Shown piece after piece: positions 62,831-64,000 of a stretch of 64,000 nt of DNA (positions within the stretch are counted from its first letter, which is position 1; each line of letters begins with the position of its first letter). The notes beneath the pieces are model-generated. The model was not told where the DNA came from. It worked only from the letters and a program-made list of their open reading frames with translations, and searched no databases. The stretch is from an uncultured Gemmatimonadales bacterium. Its GTDB lineage: Bacteria; Gemmatimonadota; Gemmatimonadetes; Gemmatimonadales; GWC2-71-9. The stretch lies in the NCBI GenBank assembly GCA_963821525.1, contig CAWGED010000008.1, forward strand, positions 128,001 through 192,000, in the 5' to 3' direction. A program made the position numbers and the translations under genes.

Positions 62831-64000
62831 CGAAGGACAAGGGCACGCTGCCCTTCCGGACGTGCCTTGGCTGCGGCTGCGCCTGCGACGACATCGAGCT
62901 GGAGGTGGTAGACGGACGCATCGCCAAGGCAGCGAATGCCTGTGATCTCGGTCGGGCCTGGTTCGGTGACGGGGTGGTCCCGACGAAAGTGTTGATCGGG
63001 GGCAAGACCGCGACGCTGGAGCAGGCGCTGGATCAAGCGGGGGCGCTTCTGGCCGAGGCGAAGAATCCGATGGTGTATCTCGCCGGGGATCTCACGATCG
63101 AAGCGGCCCGGCACGGGCTGGCCATCGCGGACCGGCTTCGGGCACGGCTCGACAGTCCAGCTTCCGACACGGTGGCGGCGGGCCTCGTCGCCCAGCAGAC
63201 GCGGGGCAGGGCGACTGCCACGCTGGGCGAGTTGTTCAACCGTGCCGACGTCGTGGTGTTCTGGGGAGTTGATCCGGCCGAACGTTACCCGCGATTCCGG
63301 GAGCGCTACTCAGCAGATCGAAAGGGACTCTCGGCGCCGGAGGGGAGGGCGAGCCGTACTCTGATCGCGGTTGATGTGGGCCCGAATAAGGGGCCGAAGG
63401 ATGCCGATCACCGGGTCTCGCTGGCGCCCGACCGTGAGATCGCGGCGCTGGGTGCCCTCCGCGCCGGGGTCGCAGGGCGGCGACAACCCGAAGAGAGTCC
63501 GCTCGTCGACTTGGTAGATCGGCTGATGAAGGCCAGGTACTCGAGTCTGGTGTATGACGCGGAACCGTCGGGGCTTCCGGCCAGCCAGCTTCGGACCGAA
63601 GCGCTGGTCGCGCTCACGCAGGCGTTGAACGGACCGTCTCGAGCGGCACTGACTCCGCTGCGAGCGGGAGGCAACCGAAGCGGGATCGAAGCGCTCAGCA
63701 CCTGGCAGACCGGTTTCCCCTTCGCAGTGGATTTTTCTCGAGGTTTCCCGCGCTATCTCCCTGATGAGAGCGCCTCACGACTGCTCGCGGGGGGTGGAAT
63801 CGACCTGGTGCTCCTTGCCGGATCACCGGCTACGGTGCCGGAGCCGGTGCGCGCCGCGCTGAGATCAGCGCAGGTTGTCGCGATCGGACCGCGAGTGAGC
63901 GAGGCATCGCCCGGCTATGACGTCGCGGTCGACACCGGAATCGCGGGCATTCATGAGGAGGGCACAGCCTACCGGATGGACGACGTCCCGATTCCGTTGC
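62827..64000 (+). CDS. fhcB: Formyltransferase/hydrolase complex subunit B (FhcB/FwdB-like), 3' end outside window
   Basis: Manual translation from GTG 62827: CLGCGCACDD, TLGELFNRADVVVFWG, TWQTGFPFAVDFSRG.PRY, GIHEEGTAYRMDDVP. Confidence 0.88.
   Translation, partial: MTKDKGTLPFRTCLGCGCACDDIELEVVDGRIAKAANACDLGRAWFGDGVVPTKVLIGGKTATLEQALDQAGALLAEAKNPMVYLAGDLTIEAARHGLAIADRLRARLDSPASDTVAAGLVAQQTRGRATATLGELFNRADVVVFWGVDPAERYPRFRERYSADRKGLSAPEGRASRTLIAVDVGPNKGPKDADHRVSLAPDREIAALGALRAGVAGRRQPEESPLVDLVDRLMKARYSSLVYDAEPSGLPASQLRTEALVALTQALNGPSRAALTPLRAGGNRSGIEALSTWQTGFPFAVDFSRGFPRYLPDESASRLLAGGGIDLVLLAGSPATVPEPVRAALRSAQVVAIGPRVSEASPGYDVAVDTGIAGIHEEGTAYRMDDVPIPL

Overview
GC-rich bacterial chromosomal window, probably Gemmatimonadota (inferred from the '[17 protein letters not shown]' Ser/Thr kinases, the SusC/SusD pair and heptamer/octamer intergenic repeats). 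At least 17 genes, including the normally essential ispH, carry single-base frameshifts, most simply explained as uncorrected long-read indels, so many CDS calls are stitched across frames. Content in order: D-Ala-D-Ala dipeptidase, greA and a solo groES-like gene; an orphan susC/susD pair; a LuxR regulator, flavin oxidoreductase and VOC protein; two tandem Ser/Thr kinase-TPR genes linked by a ~290-bp direct repeat; GlxA regulator plus ABM gene; ECF sigma plus putative anti-sigma; a lipoprotein and an arsR-arsM-arsN2-arsC-acr3 operon, both bounded by a palindromic CCTGTCTCTTATCCC..CTTGAC..GGGATAAGAG element; a DNA-damage/mutasome region (DinB-family, radical SAM, ImuB-like, tag, dnaE2) densely invaded by inverted 7/8-nt tandem repeats, including inside reading frames; housekeeping genes (ispH, thioesterase, permease, two-component system, an HrpB-like helicase with apparently permuted motifs); a sigma54-type promoter before a DUF4402-like pilin-pilin-chaperone-usher cluster; and the start of a tetrahydromethanopterin-linked formaldehyde oxidation operon (fae, mtd, DUF1464-like, ATP-grasp, fhcB) behind a long structured leader. 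No rRNA, tRNA, CRISPR array, transposase or integrase was recognised.
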